Under the pieces are notes generated by a model. The model searched no databases, was not told the DNA's origin, and was given only the letters and a program-made list of their open reading frames with translations. A stretch of 64,000 nucleotides of DNA from Verrucomicrobiia bacterium. Lineage in GTDB: Bacteria; Verrucomicrobiota; Verrucomicrobiia; JADLBR01. The translations under genes and the position numbers were made by a program. Positions 9,712 to 18,513 of this stretch are shown here, in pieces. The first letter of the stretch is position 1. Each line of letters opens with the position of its first letter. Location: contig JAPKHT010000005.1 of assembly GCA_026646655.1 (NCBI GenBank), positions 23,956 through 87,955 on the forward strand, given 5' to 3'.

Positions 9712-9802
9712 AGGCTATCTCGAGAATTGCCGCAGCACTTCCCGTAGGCGAACGCGCGAGCGTTTGGGCGCGAAAGCCTCACGGCTTCGGCTACATTTTG
9801 CC
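9712..9802 (+). repeat. Dispersed repeat family A, copy 1 (forward orientation)
   Basis: ctcgagaattgccgcagcacttcccgtaggcgaacgcgcgagcgtttgggcgcgaaagcctcacggcttcggctacattttgcc. Intergenic, between the Gfo/Idh/MocA gene and hemY. Confidence 0.85.
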
Positions 9803-9811
9803 AAGCCGGGC

Positions 9812-11179
9812 CTATTCTCGAATTAGCTTGGTCGCCAGTCCGACCCCCTGCACGAGGCAGTCGGGCAGCGAGATCCCGCCCCGGTAGTTGCCGGCGAGGT
9901 GGAGGCCGGGGCAATCCGCTTCCGCCTTGTCGCAGGCGGCGAGGAAGCGGTCGTGGTCGGCCTCGTACTGGGGGATGGCCTCGGGCCAGCGGGTCACGCG
10001 GTGGAAGGCGGGAGTGCCCCGGATGCCAAGGAGCGGCGCGATGTCGTAGAGGACGGCCGCGGTGAGATCGCGGTCGTTGAGGTGGAGGGCCTCCGGATCC
10101 TTGCGCCCGCCGATGAAGGCGGTGAGCAGGGCGTGGCCCTCCGGGGCGCGTCCCGGGAATAGCGTGGAGGAGAAGAGGACGCCGAGGGTGCGGATGCCGC
10201 GGGCGCGGGAGATGAGCGCGCCGAAGCCGTCGAGGGGATGGCCGATCTGCTCGCGGGGATATCCGAGGTGGACGACGCACATCGGGGCCTGCGGGATTTC
10301 CAGCAGGGCGCGGGCGGGTTCGGCGAGGGGTGTGGCGAGGCGCGCGGCCTCGCGCGCGGGCGTGGCGATGATGACGTGGTCCGCGTCGAAATTGCCGCGC
10401 CCGGATCGGGCGATGAAGCGGTTGCCCTGCCGGGTGATCTCCTCGATGCGGGTGGAGGGGTGGAACGAGGGGCCGAGGGGCCCCGTGAGGATCCGAAAGA
10501 AATCCGCGAAACCCCCTGGCCACGAGACGAGGCGACTCTTGATCCGCGGGGGGCCACCCTCGCGGCGGCGCGCCCTGGCCTTGCCGACGAAGCCGCGGAC
10601 GATCCCGCCGTATTGGCGTTCCATCTGGAAGATCGCCGGCATCGCGTGGCGCATGACGAGGCGCGAGGGATCGCCGGCATAGATCCCCGACACGAAGGGG
10701 TCGAGGAGCTCGCGGGCGGCCCCCATGCCGATGCGGCGCTCGAAGAACTTCAGGACCGGCTCGTTGTCATCGGTGCCCTTCGGGGCGAAGAGATCGCCGA
10801 GGACGCGCAACTTGCCCCATGGGCTCAGCAGGGGCGTGGCGATGAGGCCGGGCGGCGCGGTCGGTATCGGCAGCAGCCGCCCGCCGCGCACGAGGAAGCG
10901 GCGCTTGGCATCCGGGGCGGCATCGAGCGCCGGGGCCAGCGCGCCATGCTTTTCCATGAATGCGATCACCTCGGGTTTGGACAGGAGCGCGGTATTCGGG
11001 CCCGCCTCGCACAGGAATCCGTCCTCGCGAAAGGTGCGGGCAGAACCGCCGGCGGCGGGATCCTCCGTGACCACCGTGACGTGCCATCCCGCCCCGCGCA
11101 AGGTCAGCGCCGCGCCGAGGCCCGTGGCGCCGGCGCCAATGATGAGGGCGGTGCGGGGATCGGTTCTCCCAGGTGCCAT
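9812..11179 (-). CDS. hemY: Protoporphyrinogen oxidase (FAD-dependent, HemY type)
   Basis: N-terminal FAD dinucleotide-binding motif ALIIGAGATGLGAA. About 455 aa. Lies immediately downstream of ferrochelatase on the same strand. The first ATG, at 11179, is used (the longer ORF starts with a TTG at 11206). Confidence 0.75.
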   Translation of the reverse strand: MAPGRTDPRTALIIGAGATGLGAALTLRGAGWHVTVVTEDPAAGGSARTFREDGFLCEAGPNTALLSKPEVIAFMEKHGALAPALDAAPDAKRRFLVRGGRLLPIPTAPPGLIATPLLSPWGKLRVLGDLFAPKGTDDNEPVLKFFERRIGMGAARELLDPFVSGIYAGDPSRLVMRHAMPAIFQMERQYGGIVRGFVGKARARRREGGPPRIKSRLVSWPGGFADFFRILTGPLGPSFHPSTRIEEITRQGNRFIARSGRGNFDADHVIIATPAREAARLATPLAEPARALLEIPQAPMCVVHLGYPREQIGHPLDGFGALISRARGIRTLGVLFSSTLFPGRAPEGHALLTAFIGGRKDPEALHLNDRDLTAAVLYDIAPLLGIRGTPAFHRVTRWPEAIPQYEADHDRFLAACDKAEADCPGLHLAGNYRGGISLPDCLVQGVGLATKLIRE

Positions 11180-11237
11180 GGGGGGCAATGTAAGGTCAAA
11201 GGGCAAAGGTCAAAAGTCAAAACCACAGGTGATATCT

Positions 11238-11322
11238 GGCTCGAGAATTGCCGCATCGCTTCCCGTAGCCGAACGCGTAAGCGTTTGGCCGCCAAAGCCT
11301 CACGGCTTCGGCTGCACTTTCA
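11238..11322 (+). repeat. Dispersed repeat family A, copy 2 (forward)
   Basis: ctcgagaattgccgcatcgcttcccgtagccgaacgcgtaagcgtttggccgccaaagcctcacggcttcggctgcactttcac. Lies between hemH and hemY and overlaps the hemH 3' end. Confidence 0.85.
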
Positions 11323-12391
11323 CCCCCGGCGGTGCCCCGTCTGCGGGGCATGATGTCTGACCCGAATATGCCTCGACCCTGCGCTGGAGGAACTCGACCC
11401 ATTTTGGGTGCTCGTTGAGGCAGGGGATCAGATCGAAGGACTCGCCGCCGGCGTCGAGGAAGGTCTTCTTTCCCATGACGCCGAGTTCCTCGAGGGTCTC
11501 GAGGCAGTCGGAGACAAAAGCGGGGGAAATGAGCAGAAGGCGGCGGGTGCCGGATTTGGCCAACCGCTCCAACTCGAAATCGGTGTAGGGCCCGAGCCAC
11601 GGGTCCTTGCCCAGGCGCGACTGGAAGGAAACGGAGTATCTCTCTGGTGAGAGGCCCGCCAGTGCGGCGAAAGCGCGGGTGGTGGCAAACACCTGGTGCC
11701 GATAGCAGACCTTGTGGACGGGATGGGGAGTGTCGCAGCAATCGGGGCGCGCGAGGCAGTGCGAACCGGAGGCGTCCGCCTTGCGGCAGTGGCGCTCGGG
11801 GATGCCGTGGTAGGAGAAGAGGAGGTGGTCGTGGGGACGATCGAGCCAGGGGCGTGCGCTCGCGACCAGGGCGGCGATGTAATCCGGGTCGGCGTAGAAA
11901 GGGGGCTGGACGGTCAGCCGGCAACCCGGTGCGGCGCGGCGCAGGACCTCACGCACGCGGACGACGACCGTCTCGTAGCTCGACATGGCATAGTGGGGGT
12001 AGAGGGGTATCAGGAGCAGGTCGTCGACGCCGTCGCCCGCGAGGTTGCGGATGACATCCGGGATCGAGGGATTGCCATAGCGCATCGCCAGCGCGACGGG
12101 GACCCGGACCCGCGCGGCGAGGAGGTCCCGCAATCTCCTGCTGCTCAGCACGAGCGGTGACCCCTCGGGCGTCCATATGGAATGATATGCCTCGGCGGAA
12201 TTGTGCACGCGTTTCGGGATGATGGCCCCGCGGACCAGCAACTGGCGGAGGACCCACGGGATATCGATCACCCGCGGGTCCAGGAGGAATTCGGTCAGGT
12301 AGCGCCGCACGTCGGGCACGGATGGCGAGTCGGGCGAACCGAGGTTCACCAGGAGCACGGCGCGGCGGGCGGGGGTTGGGTCGGCGAGCAT
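11300..12391 (-). CDS. hemH: Ferrochelatase
   Basis: 363 aa. Motifs VLLVNLGSPDSP, LIPLYPHY, SYHGIPE and LLISPAFVSDCLETLEE are typical of ferrochelatase. Confidence 0.9.
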   Translation of the reverse strand: MLADPTPARRAVLLVNLGSPDSPSVPDVRRYLTEFLLDPRVIDIPWVLRQLLVRGAIIPKRVHNSAEAYHSIWTPEGSPLVLSSRRLRDLLAARVRVPVALAMRYGNPSIPDVIRNLAGDGVDDLLLIPLYPHYAMSSYETVVVRVREVLRRAAPGCRLTVQPPFYADPDYIAALVASARPWLDRPHDHLLFSYHGIPERHCRKADASGSHCLARPDCCDTPHPVHKVCYRHQVFATTRAFAALAGLSPERYSVSFQSRLGKDPWLGPYTDFELERLAKSGTRRLLLISPAFVSDCLETLEELGVMGKKTFLDAGGESFDLIPCLNEHPKWVEFLQRRVEAYSGQTSCPADGAPPGVKVQPKP

Positions 12392-12520
12392 GCCTGGATG
12401 CTATCCGGTTTTGGGTGGGCTGCAATGCACCGTCGCCCCTTGCCGGAGGAGGTTGCCGGACGGAGCCCGCCCAACTCCCGACGCCTGGTGGGGGTGTAAT
12501 ACCCGCGACGTGTCGTGGGC

Positions 12521-12949
12521 TCAGCGCGCGGCCACGCGCTCTTGGGCGAGCAGGACCGGGGTCACCCCGAGATCGCGAACATCGGCGAGCGAAGTCGAGA
12601 CCGTCGAGGGCGAATAGCTGACTCGCAGGGAGCGCGCGCCGTTGACCGTGATCAGGATCTTATCCCCCTGCGTGTGCGCCGTGGTCACGGCAAAGCCACG
12701 GGCGCAGAGTTCGCCGGCGATCTCGTTCGCAACGGTCTGGAGCGGCGTGCCTTTCGCGAAATCCCGCAGCACGACATGGGGGTCGCCGATGCCGGGTTCC
12801 GCGATCAGCCGCATCCGGGTCTTTTCGGCGATCGTGCCCTCACCGCCGACCGACCAGACATAGAGACCTATGGACCCCTTGTCAGCCGCAGTCGCCTCAA
12901 GGGCCATGGCGAACAACAAAGGCAACAGGATCAGGCAGTTCCGTCTCAT
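12521..12949 (-). CDS. Hypothetical exported protein
   Basis: ORF with a signal peptide, MRRNCLILLPLLFAMALEATAADKGS. No recognisable domain. Confidence 0.45.
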   Translation of the reverse strand: MRRNCLILLPLLFAMALEATAADKGSIGLYVWSVGGEGTIAEKTRMRLIAEPGIGDPHVVLRDFAKGTPLQTVANEIAGELCARGFAVTTAHTQGDKILITVNGARSLRVSYSPSTVSTSLADVRDLGVTPVLLAQERVAAR

Positions 12950-13118
12950 CGTCACGGGAACGTAACACAAAAGGCACGCGGCTGCAACAATCATCTGTTC
13001 CGGACCGGATGAGAAAAGTCACGGATTTGTCGCGCCGATGTCGTGGTCCCGTCATCTGGAAGCGGCACGTGGGAGGGCGAGATGAGCGACGGTCGAGAAA
13101 CACCCGGGGGTTTGCCGC

Positions 13119-13805
13119 ATGCTGGGACGCATACTGGTGGTGGAAGACGATGAGGATCTGAGGGATCTGCTGGGTTCGACCATCCGGAAGGCCGGGTATC
13201 AGGTGATCACCGCGGACGGAGGACGCGCATGCCTGCGCAAGACAATCGACGAAAAGCCCGACCTGATCCTGCTCGACATCATGCTCCCCGACCTTGCGGG
13301 CACGGACGTGTGCCGTCGCCTGCGCAGCGACGGCGCGACGGCGGCCACGCCGATCATCGTGCTTTCCGCAAAGTCCGAGGAGGCCGACAGGATCCTGGGG
13401 CTTGAGGTGGGGGCCGATGACTACGTCACCAAACCCTTCAGCCCACGGGAACTGGTGGTCCGCATCGGGAAGGTCCTGGAGAGAACGCGCGGCAGGACCA
13501 TGATGTCGGATCATGTGACGGCCGGCGAACTCGTGCTTGATCGAGCGGCATACCTACTGCTCTTCCGGGGTAACGAGGTCCGGTTGACGCGCACGGAGTT
13601 TAAGCTTCTCGGGTTGCTGATGGACCGATGCGGCCGGGTGCAGACGAGGGAGCGGTTGCTGGCGGAGGTCTGGGAGTATGACACATCCATGGATACCCGG
13701 ACCGTTGACACGCACGTCCAGCGCCTGCGGGGTAAACTTGGCGAAGCGGGGAAATACATCGAGACTGTCAGGGGTTTCGGCTATCGGCTGGTGGTGCCGT
13801 CCTGA
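13119..13805 (+). CDS. OmpR-family two-component response regulator (receiver plus winged-helix)
   Basis: 228 aa. Receiver motifs ILVVEDDEDL...DLILLDIMLPDLAGTD...IIVLSAKSEE, and a C-terminal trans_reg_C motif (LTRTEFKLLGLLM...RTVDTHVQRLRGKL). Confidence 0.9.
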   Translation: MLGRILVVEDDEDLRDLLGSTIRKAGYQVITADGGRACLRKTIDEKPDLILLDIMLPDLAGTDVCRRLRSDGATAATPIIVLSAKSEEADRILGLEVGADDYVTKPFSPRELVVRIGKVLERTRGRTMMSDHVTAGELVLDRAAYLLLFRGNEVRLTRTEFKLLGLLMDRCGRVQTRERLLAEVWEYDTSMDTRTVDTHVQRLRGKLGEAGKYIETVRGFGYRLVVPS

Positions 13806-14878
13806 TGATGGCCTTGCCGGCAGCGAGACGTCCTTGGGGAAGACTGGCGGGCTGGACTTTTCCGTCCCGCTGGATCTCGCTGGCGGCGGTCTTGGCGGGC
13901 GTGATGGGGTTCGAGGGGGAGGTCTTTTCCGGGGATGACCCCGACGCTGGGCGGATCGCGGAGTGGTTGCGCCTTCCGGAGGAATCGCTGGGGGCGGCCA
14001 TGGGCCCGGGCGACTTCGAGGGCGTGATCGCGCGCGCCGGGGGAGGCGACCCAAAGGCCCAGGCGCTGGCCGGCCGATGCCAACTGGTCGGTATCGGGGG
14101 CGCTATCGACCTGGATGCTGCGGTGGGGTGGTTCCGGCGGGCGGCGGAGGCGGGCGAACCCAATGGCGAGGTCTCGCTGGGCAAGTGCTATTACTATGGG
14201 ACATGGGTGACGCAGGACTTCCGCTGCGCCGAGGGATGGTTCCGCCGGGCGGCCGACGAGGGTCACGCGCACGCGCAGGAATACCTCGGCCTGCTGGCGC
14301 TGCGGGGCGCGGTCTCCGGTCGCCCGGACCCCGGGGTTGCCGCAAACTGGTTCGCCCGGGCGGCGGACCAGGGTCTCCCGCAAAGCATGCACAATCTGGC
14401 GCGCCTGTACTCGGAAGGGCACGGCGTTGGCAAGGACCTCGATAAGGCGGTGGGGTGGTACAGGAGGGCCGCGGAGCAGGGCTTCCCGCCATCACAATAC
14501 AATCTCGGGCGCATGTATGCCGAGGGGCTCGGGTGCCCGAAAGATCTGCGCGGGGCATTCCGCTGGTATCGGGAGGCGGCCCGCCAAAATTTCGCGCCGG
14601 CCGCATACAATCTTGGCGTCATGTACGAGAACGGCATCGGCATACCGGCCAACGCCCGCGAGGCGGCCCGGTACTACCGCGATGCCGCGGAGCTGGGAGA
14701 CCCGAAGGCGCAGTACAATCTCGCGGTCCTCCTGCTGAACGGCCAGGGCGTGCCGCCGAACGCGGAAGAGGCGGTCCGGTGGCTCAGGCTGTCGGCGGCC
14801 CAGAACGACGCCTACGCGATTCGCGCCCTCGAGGATCTGGGGGCCGGCAGACCCCGGGAAATGTCCCCGATCAACTGA
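13805..14878 (+). CDS. Sel1-like repeat (TPR-like) protein, translationally coupled to the response regulator
   Basis: Eight or more Sel1 repeats of the form AxxWFRRAAEQGxxxAQYNLGxMY. The start overlaps the response-regulator stop (TGATG). Confidence 0.85.
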   Translation: MMALPAARRPWGRLAGWTFPSRWISLAAVLAGVMGFEGEVFSGDDPDAGRIAEWLRLPEESLGAAMGPGDFEGVIARAGGGDPKAQALAGRCQLVGIGGAIDLDAAVGWFRRAAEAGEPNGEVSLGKCYYYGTWVTQDFRCAEGWFRRAADEGHAHAQEYLGLLALRGAVSGRPDPGVAANWFARAADQGLPQSMHNLARLYSEGHGVGKDLDKAVGWYRRAAEQGFPPSQYNLGRMYAEGLGCPKDLRGAFRWYREAARQNFAPAAYNLGVMYENGIGIPANAREAARYYRDAAELGDPKAQYNLAVLLLNGQGVPPNAEEAVRWLRLSAAQNDAYAIRALEDLGAGRPREMSPIN

Positions 14879-14909
14879 CGTCGGGGTCATGCGGCCGCCC
14901 GACCGGCCA

Positions 14910-15062
14910 GCTCGAAAATAGCCGCAGCGCCTCCCGCAACCGAACGCGTAAGCGTTTGGCCGCCAATGCCTGACTCGAAAATTCGTAGCCACGGTCGCCA
15001 GACCGTGGACCCGGGGTTGAGTCGAACGATCTCCGGCAACCGCCGGACCAGATGGGCTACAC
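14910..15062 (+). repeat. Dispersed repeat family A, copy 3: two tandem units (forward), the second divergent
   Basis: First unit: ctcgaaaatagccgcagcgcctcccgcaaccgaacgcgtaagcgtttggccgccaatgcctga. Second unit: ctcgaaaattcgtagccacggtcgccagaccgtggac...gggctacactttggctc. Confidence 0.75.
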
Positions 15063-15190
15063 TTTGGCTCGTGCGGAATAATGGTGGCTGTCGATGGGAC
15101 GATGGCCAAACGGACGCTCGCCGGTTTCATCGGGAACTCACGAACTCAGGAAGGGCTGGGAACGGAATGGCGCTCAGTCAGGTGATGTCT

Positions 15191-15215
15191 GGGAGGGCCC
15201 GCGGCCTCGCGGGCC
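15191..15215 (+). repeat. GC-hairpin repeat family C, copy a (GGGAGGGCCCGCGGCCTCGCGGGCC)
   Basis: Perfect 8-bp GC stem GGCCCGCG/CGCGGGCC flanked by GGGAGG. Intergenic. Confidence 0.7.
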
Positions 15216-15589
15216 GCGCTGGCCACGGCAACGGCGGCGTTCGGGTGGATGGCGGACGCCGGGGGCCAACGTCCCTCCCAAAGGAAAGCGTGTGGGTCTG
15301 GCCGGCGACATCCAGACGGATACGCTCCAGACCTTCTTTCCGGCCTTCCTGAGTTCCAGATTGCACAGGCCCGATGCCGATCACAGCCGTCGCCGAGATT
15401 CCCCGCAAAATCGGAAGCATGGCCCGACGATCGCACACTAAGTTCCCTAAAGAGCCATCATAATGTCACAGTCATGTTTCAGAAGGGTTACGGGCGCCCG
15501 CACGACACCGTAACATGATTATTACATTACGTACCTTGACCGGATACCTAACATCGGGCAACAGGGGCGAGACACGAGAGGAAGTTATC

Positions 15590-16525
15590 ATGAGACACGC
15601 GCAGAGCATATTGGTGTGGATTCTAACGTTCGCGGCGCTCTCCACCGGCCTGAGGTCAGCGGAGGCGGCCCCCGTCGCCGCGCCCGGCGGGGGCGCCCCG
15701 GCCAATGGCGGCAAGCAGGTTCAGGCGACGACCGCGGCCCCGCAGCCGGGAAACGGCCAGCCCGCCCAGGGGAACGGGGACGCATGGATGAACTTCGGCA
15801 TCGATGAGTCCGTGATCCAGGAGGAGCCCAAGAAAAAGAAGATCACGCTCAAGGGCCAGTACTTCAGGACGGACGTGGGGGTGGGCGAGGTCGAGCCGAT
15901 CGCGTTCCGGCCCGATGGGGACATCGTCGTGGGGCGCACGAAGGACGGGGGCGCCATCACGGTGGATTCGGACGAGCTGGACCGGAAGGGGCTCCGCCCG
16001 GAAATCAATACCGAGGCCGGGGTGCGGGCCGCGATCGCCGCCGGATACAATTTCAATGAATACGTCGGGGTCGAGTTCGAGATACAGGCGCAGTATGCGC
16101 GGCTCGGCAGCGTGAACATCGGCGGGGGCGTGACCAACGGCAACACGCACATCGACACGGGCGGCAGCCTCTGGCAGATCCCGGTCTTCGTCAACCTGGC
16201 CGTCCAGTACCCGACGCCCTGGAACCTGACACCGTTCGCCGGCGTCGGCGGCGGCCTGCTGTTCGCCTACACGTCCATCGACCAGCCGTCGGTCGAGGCC
16301 TTCGGCCTCGAGGACCAGGGCAAGCGCGTCACGGGCACGGTGCTGACCCCGGCCTACCAGTGGTTCGGCGGCCTGCGCTGGGAGATCTCCAAGGATATCG
16401 GCCTCTATGGCATGTACAAGTTCATGGCCACCGGCGACTACTCCTACAACGGCGACATGGAGGGCATCGAATTCGACGGGATCGAGACCCACAGCTACTC
16501 GGGCGGCCTAGTATTTCGCTATTAG
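15590..16525 (+). CDS. Outer-membrane beta-barrel protein (OmpA-like/porin-family barrel)
   Basis: Signal peptide MRHAQSILVWILTFAALSTGLRSAEA, GAGGAAG SD, alternating amphipathic beta-strands, and a C-terminal aromatic residue (LVFRY), the usual terminal-aromatic signature of OM beta-barrels. The upstream region is AT-rich. Confidence 0.65.
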   Translation: MRHAQSILVWILTFAALSTGLRSAEAAPVAAPGGGAPANGGKQVQATTAAPQPGNGQPAQGNGDAWMNFGIDESVIQEEPKKKKITLKGQYFRTDVGVGEVEPIAFRPDGDIVVGRTKDGGAITVDSDELDRKGLRPEINTEAGVRAAIAAGYNFNEYVGVEFEIQAQYARLGSVNIGGGVTNGNTHIDTGGSLWQIPVFVNLAVQYPTPWNLTPFAGVGGGLLFAYTSIDQPSVEAFGLEDQGKRVTGTVLTPAYQWFGGLRWEISKDIGLYGMYKFMATGDYSYNGDMEGIEFDGIETHSYSGGLVFRY

Positions 16526-16720
16526 CGGCTTGCGAGGACCGTAACGCGATTGACGCGCGGGGAAGGGCCAAAAACGTAACAGAGTTGTTCACGGGGCGGC
16601 GCGGATCCGAAACCTTGGACGGGCAGCCTACACGCAGATCCAGAAGATCTTTTCGAGGCACGCGGGGGCCGAAAGCTCTCAAAAGGAACAGCGGAAACTA
16701 AGAGGAAAGGACAGAGGAAA

Positions 16721-17770
16721 ATGAAGAAATTGAAGGTGGTGGGTGCGCTGGTCGCTTCGGCGCTGTGCGCGGTCGGGACCCAGGCGTCCCAGGTGGCAAG
16801 GGAGAATGGGGTGCTGGCAGTGGGATTCAATGCGTCCGAGACGAAATTCGTGGGAACTCCCTTCGTCCGTCCGCCGACGGTGCTGGGTGCCGTTGTCTCC
16901 GCTGGGCCCAGCAATATCGTCACAACCGGTGGACTGACGGATGGCGAATTCAACCCCGCAGGTCCAGATAACTACTTCGAGTTGGAATTGACCTCCGGGC
17001 GGCACATCGGACTCGTCCTTGCCGTCCTGAGCAACTCGACGACCGCTGTGTACCTTGACGGGGCGCTGCCGACAACGATTCTCGAAGATACCAGCTTCGT
17101 CGTCCGGAAGAGCTGGACGGTTGGGAGCCTCTTCGGCACGAACGCGACCCAGGTTACAGGCAAGGGATTAAAGACCGGAACGACGCAGGCAAGTTCGACG
17201 ACCGTCAGGGTCTATAACCCAGCATCGAATGCCTTTAGCGTTGAGACGTTCTTCCGCAGTTCGAGCGCGCAGTGGCGTCTGGCGGGCTCCCCCACCACGG
17301 TCACGAACCTCGCGGGCGTGCGCCTTGGACCGCAAAACGCCTTCGTGATGCAACAAGGCTCGTCTGCGGGAGCGACTATCGTGCTGTTGACGGGCGAGTA
17401 TCGCAAAACTCGGTCCCTCATCTCCGCCGGGGCAGCTGCCAGCAATGATCGCACGACGTTCGCGAATCCAAGCCCATTTGCGACGACGCTCGCGACATCA
17501 GGGCTCTTCAATACAAACGGCGAGAGTTCAGCTTCGAACAGCGTCGACACCGGAACAACGGCGGGGACGGCTGATGAAGTGACGAAGTACTTCGGATCAA
17601 ACAACAGCATCACGAACTTCTTTCGCCATGCCTCCGGTTCGAATTGGAGGATCTCCGGCACCACGACCGGCGGCGATGCCACTGCGTTGGGCGCTGGCGA
17701 AGGTTTCATTTTCAAACGCCAACCGGCTGGCGAGGCATTCGTGGCATTCGACCCAGTTTTCAATGAATAA
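16721..17770 (+). CDS. Hypothetical secreted protein (lower-GC gene)
   Basis: Signal peptide MKKLKVVGALVASALCAVGTQA, an AGAGGAAAGG SD, and a Thr/Ser/Gly-rich composition. No recognisable domain. Confidence 0.6.
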   Translation: MKKLKVVGALVASALCAVGTQASQVARENGVLAVGFNASETKFVGTPFVRPPTVLGAVVSAGPSNIVTTGGLTDGEFNPAGPDNYFELELTSGRHIGLVLAVLSNSTTAVYLDGALPTTILEDTSFVVRKSWTVGSLFGTNATQVTGKGLKTGTTQASSTTVRVYNPASNAFSVETFFRSSSAQWRLAGSPTTVTNLAGVRLGPQNAFVMQQGSSAGATIVLLTGEYRKTRSLISAGAAASNDRTTFANPSPFATTLATSGLFNTNGESSASNSVDTGTTAGTADEVTKYFGSNNSITNFFRHASGSNWRISGTTTGGDATALGAGEGFIFKRQPAGEAFVAFDPVFNE

Positions 17771-17813
17771 GAGGATGTGAAATAAAGGAACTCACAAGAA
17801 AAGGAACAGACCC

Positions 17814-18470
17814 ATGAAAAAACAACTTACAATCGCGGCGTTCGCCCTGGCTATGACTGCCAGCGGCTGGGCGCAGGTAAACGGCTACTACGCCGCTGGC
17901 AACAGCCTCGACTTCACCAACGTGCTGAGCGCTGGAGGCGGCAGCCTCGGTCTCGGGAATGTCGTGGCCTACGGGAATTTCAACGGCGCGTACTCTGATA
18001 CGGACCTCCAGAACTTCCTATCGGGCGGGCTCACTCCTGCCGAGCTGGCGTCTATCAACGGCGCATTTGATCCGCTGTTCCTTTGGGACATCGGCGATGG
18101 CACGGGTGCGGCAGGTACATTCGAAGTCACTCCGACGACGAACAACGCCACGGCAACGCCGTTTGCAGATGAGCGGATGTACATGCTGATCTACAATGTG
18201 TCTGATTTCGCTAATGCTGATCTGGCGACAGAGTTTGGAGTGTTGCGAAACGACTTCGATCTCGGCACCGGCGGTCGATTTGGAACGCCGGGCGCATTTC
18301 CGATCAGCAGCGAAGGCATCGTGTTCCCCGACAACCAGACGGCGCTGATCGGGTCCTATGTGTCTGGCGGGTTTCAATTGGCCTCGGTTGTCATTCCCGA
18401 GCCTGGGACGTGGGCGATGCTCCTGATCGGGCTGGGGATGGTGGCATGGCGCGCTCGGCGGAAGCGCTAA
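17814..18470 (+). CDS. PEP-CTERM sorting-domain protein
   Basis: Signal peptide, and a C-terminal VIPEPGTWAMLLIGLGMVAWRARRKR (PEP motif, TM helix, basic tail). Confidence 0.8.
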   Translation: MKKQLTIAAFALAMTASGWAQVNGYYAAGNSLDFTNVLSAGGGSLGLGNVVAYGNFNGAYSDTDLQNFLSGGLTPAELASINGAFDPLFLWDIGDGTGAAGTFEVTPTTNNATATPFADERMYMLIYNVSDFANADLATEFGVLRNDFDLGTGGRFGTPGAFPISSEGIVFPDNQTALIGSYVSGGFQLASVVIPEPGTWAMLLIGLGMVAWRARRKR

Positions 18471-18513
18471 TCGAGCGCGTATCAGAAACTTGAAGGGATA
18501 GGAGAAATCTGAA

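Noticed and set aside
11217-11295. Mini-ORFs encoding ...AEAVRLWRPNAYAFGYGKRCGNSR-like peptides at many loci
   Set aside because: They are translations of the family-A dispersed repeat in one frame. They recur only because the DNA element recurs, so they are not a protein family.
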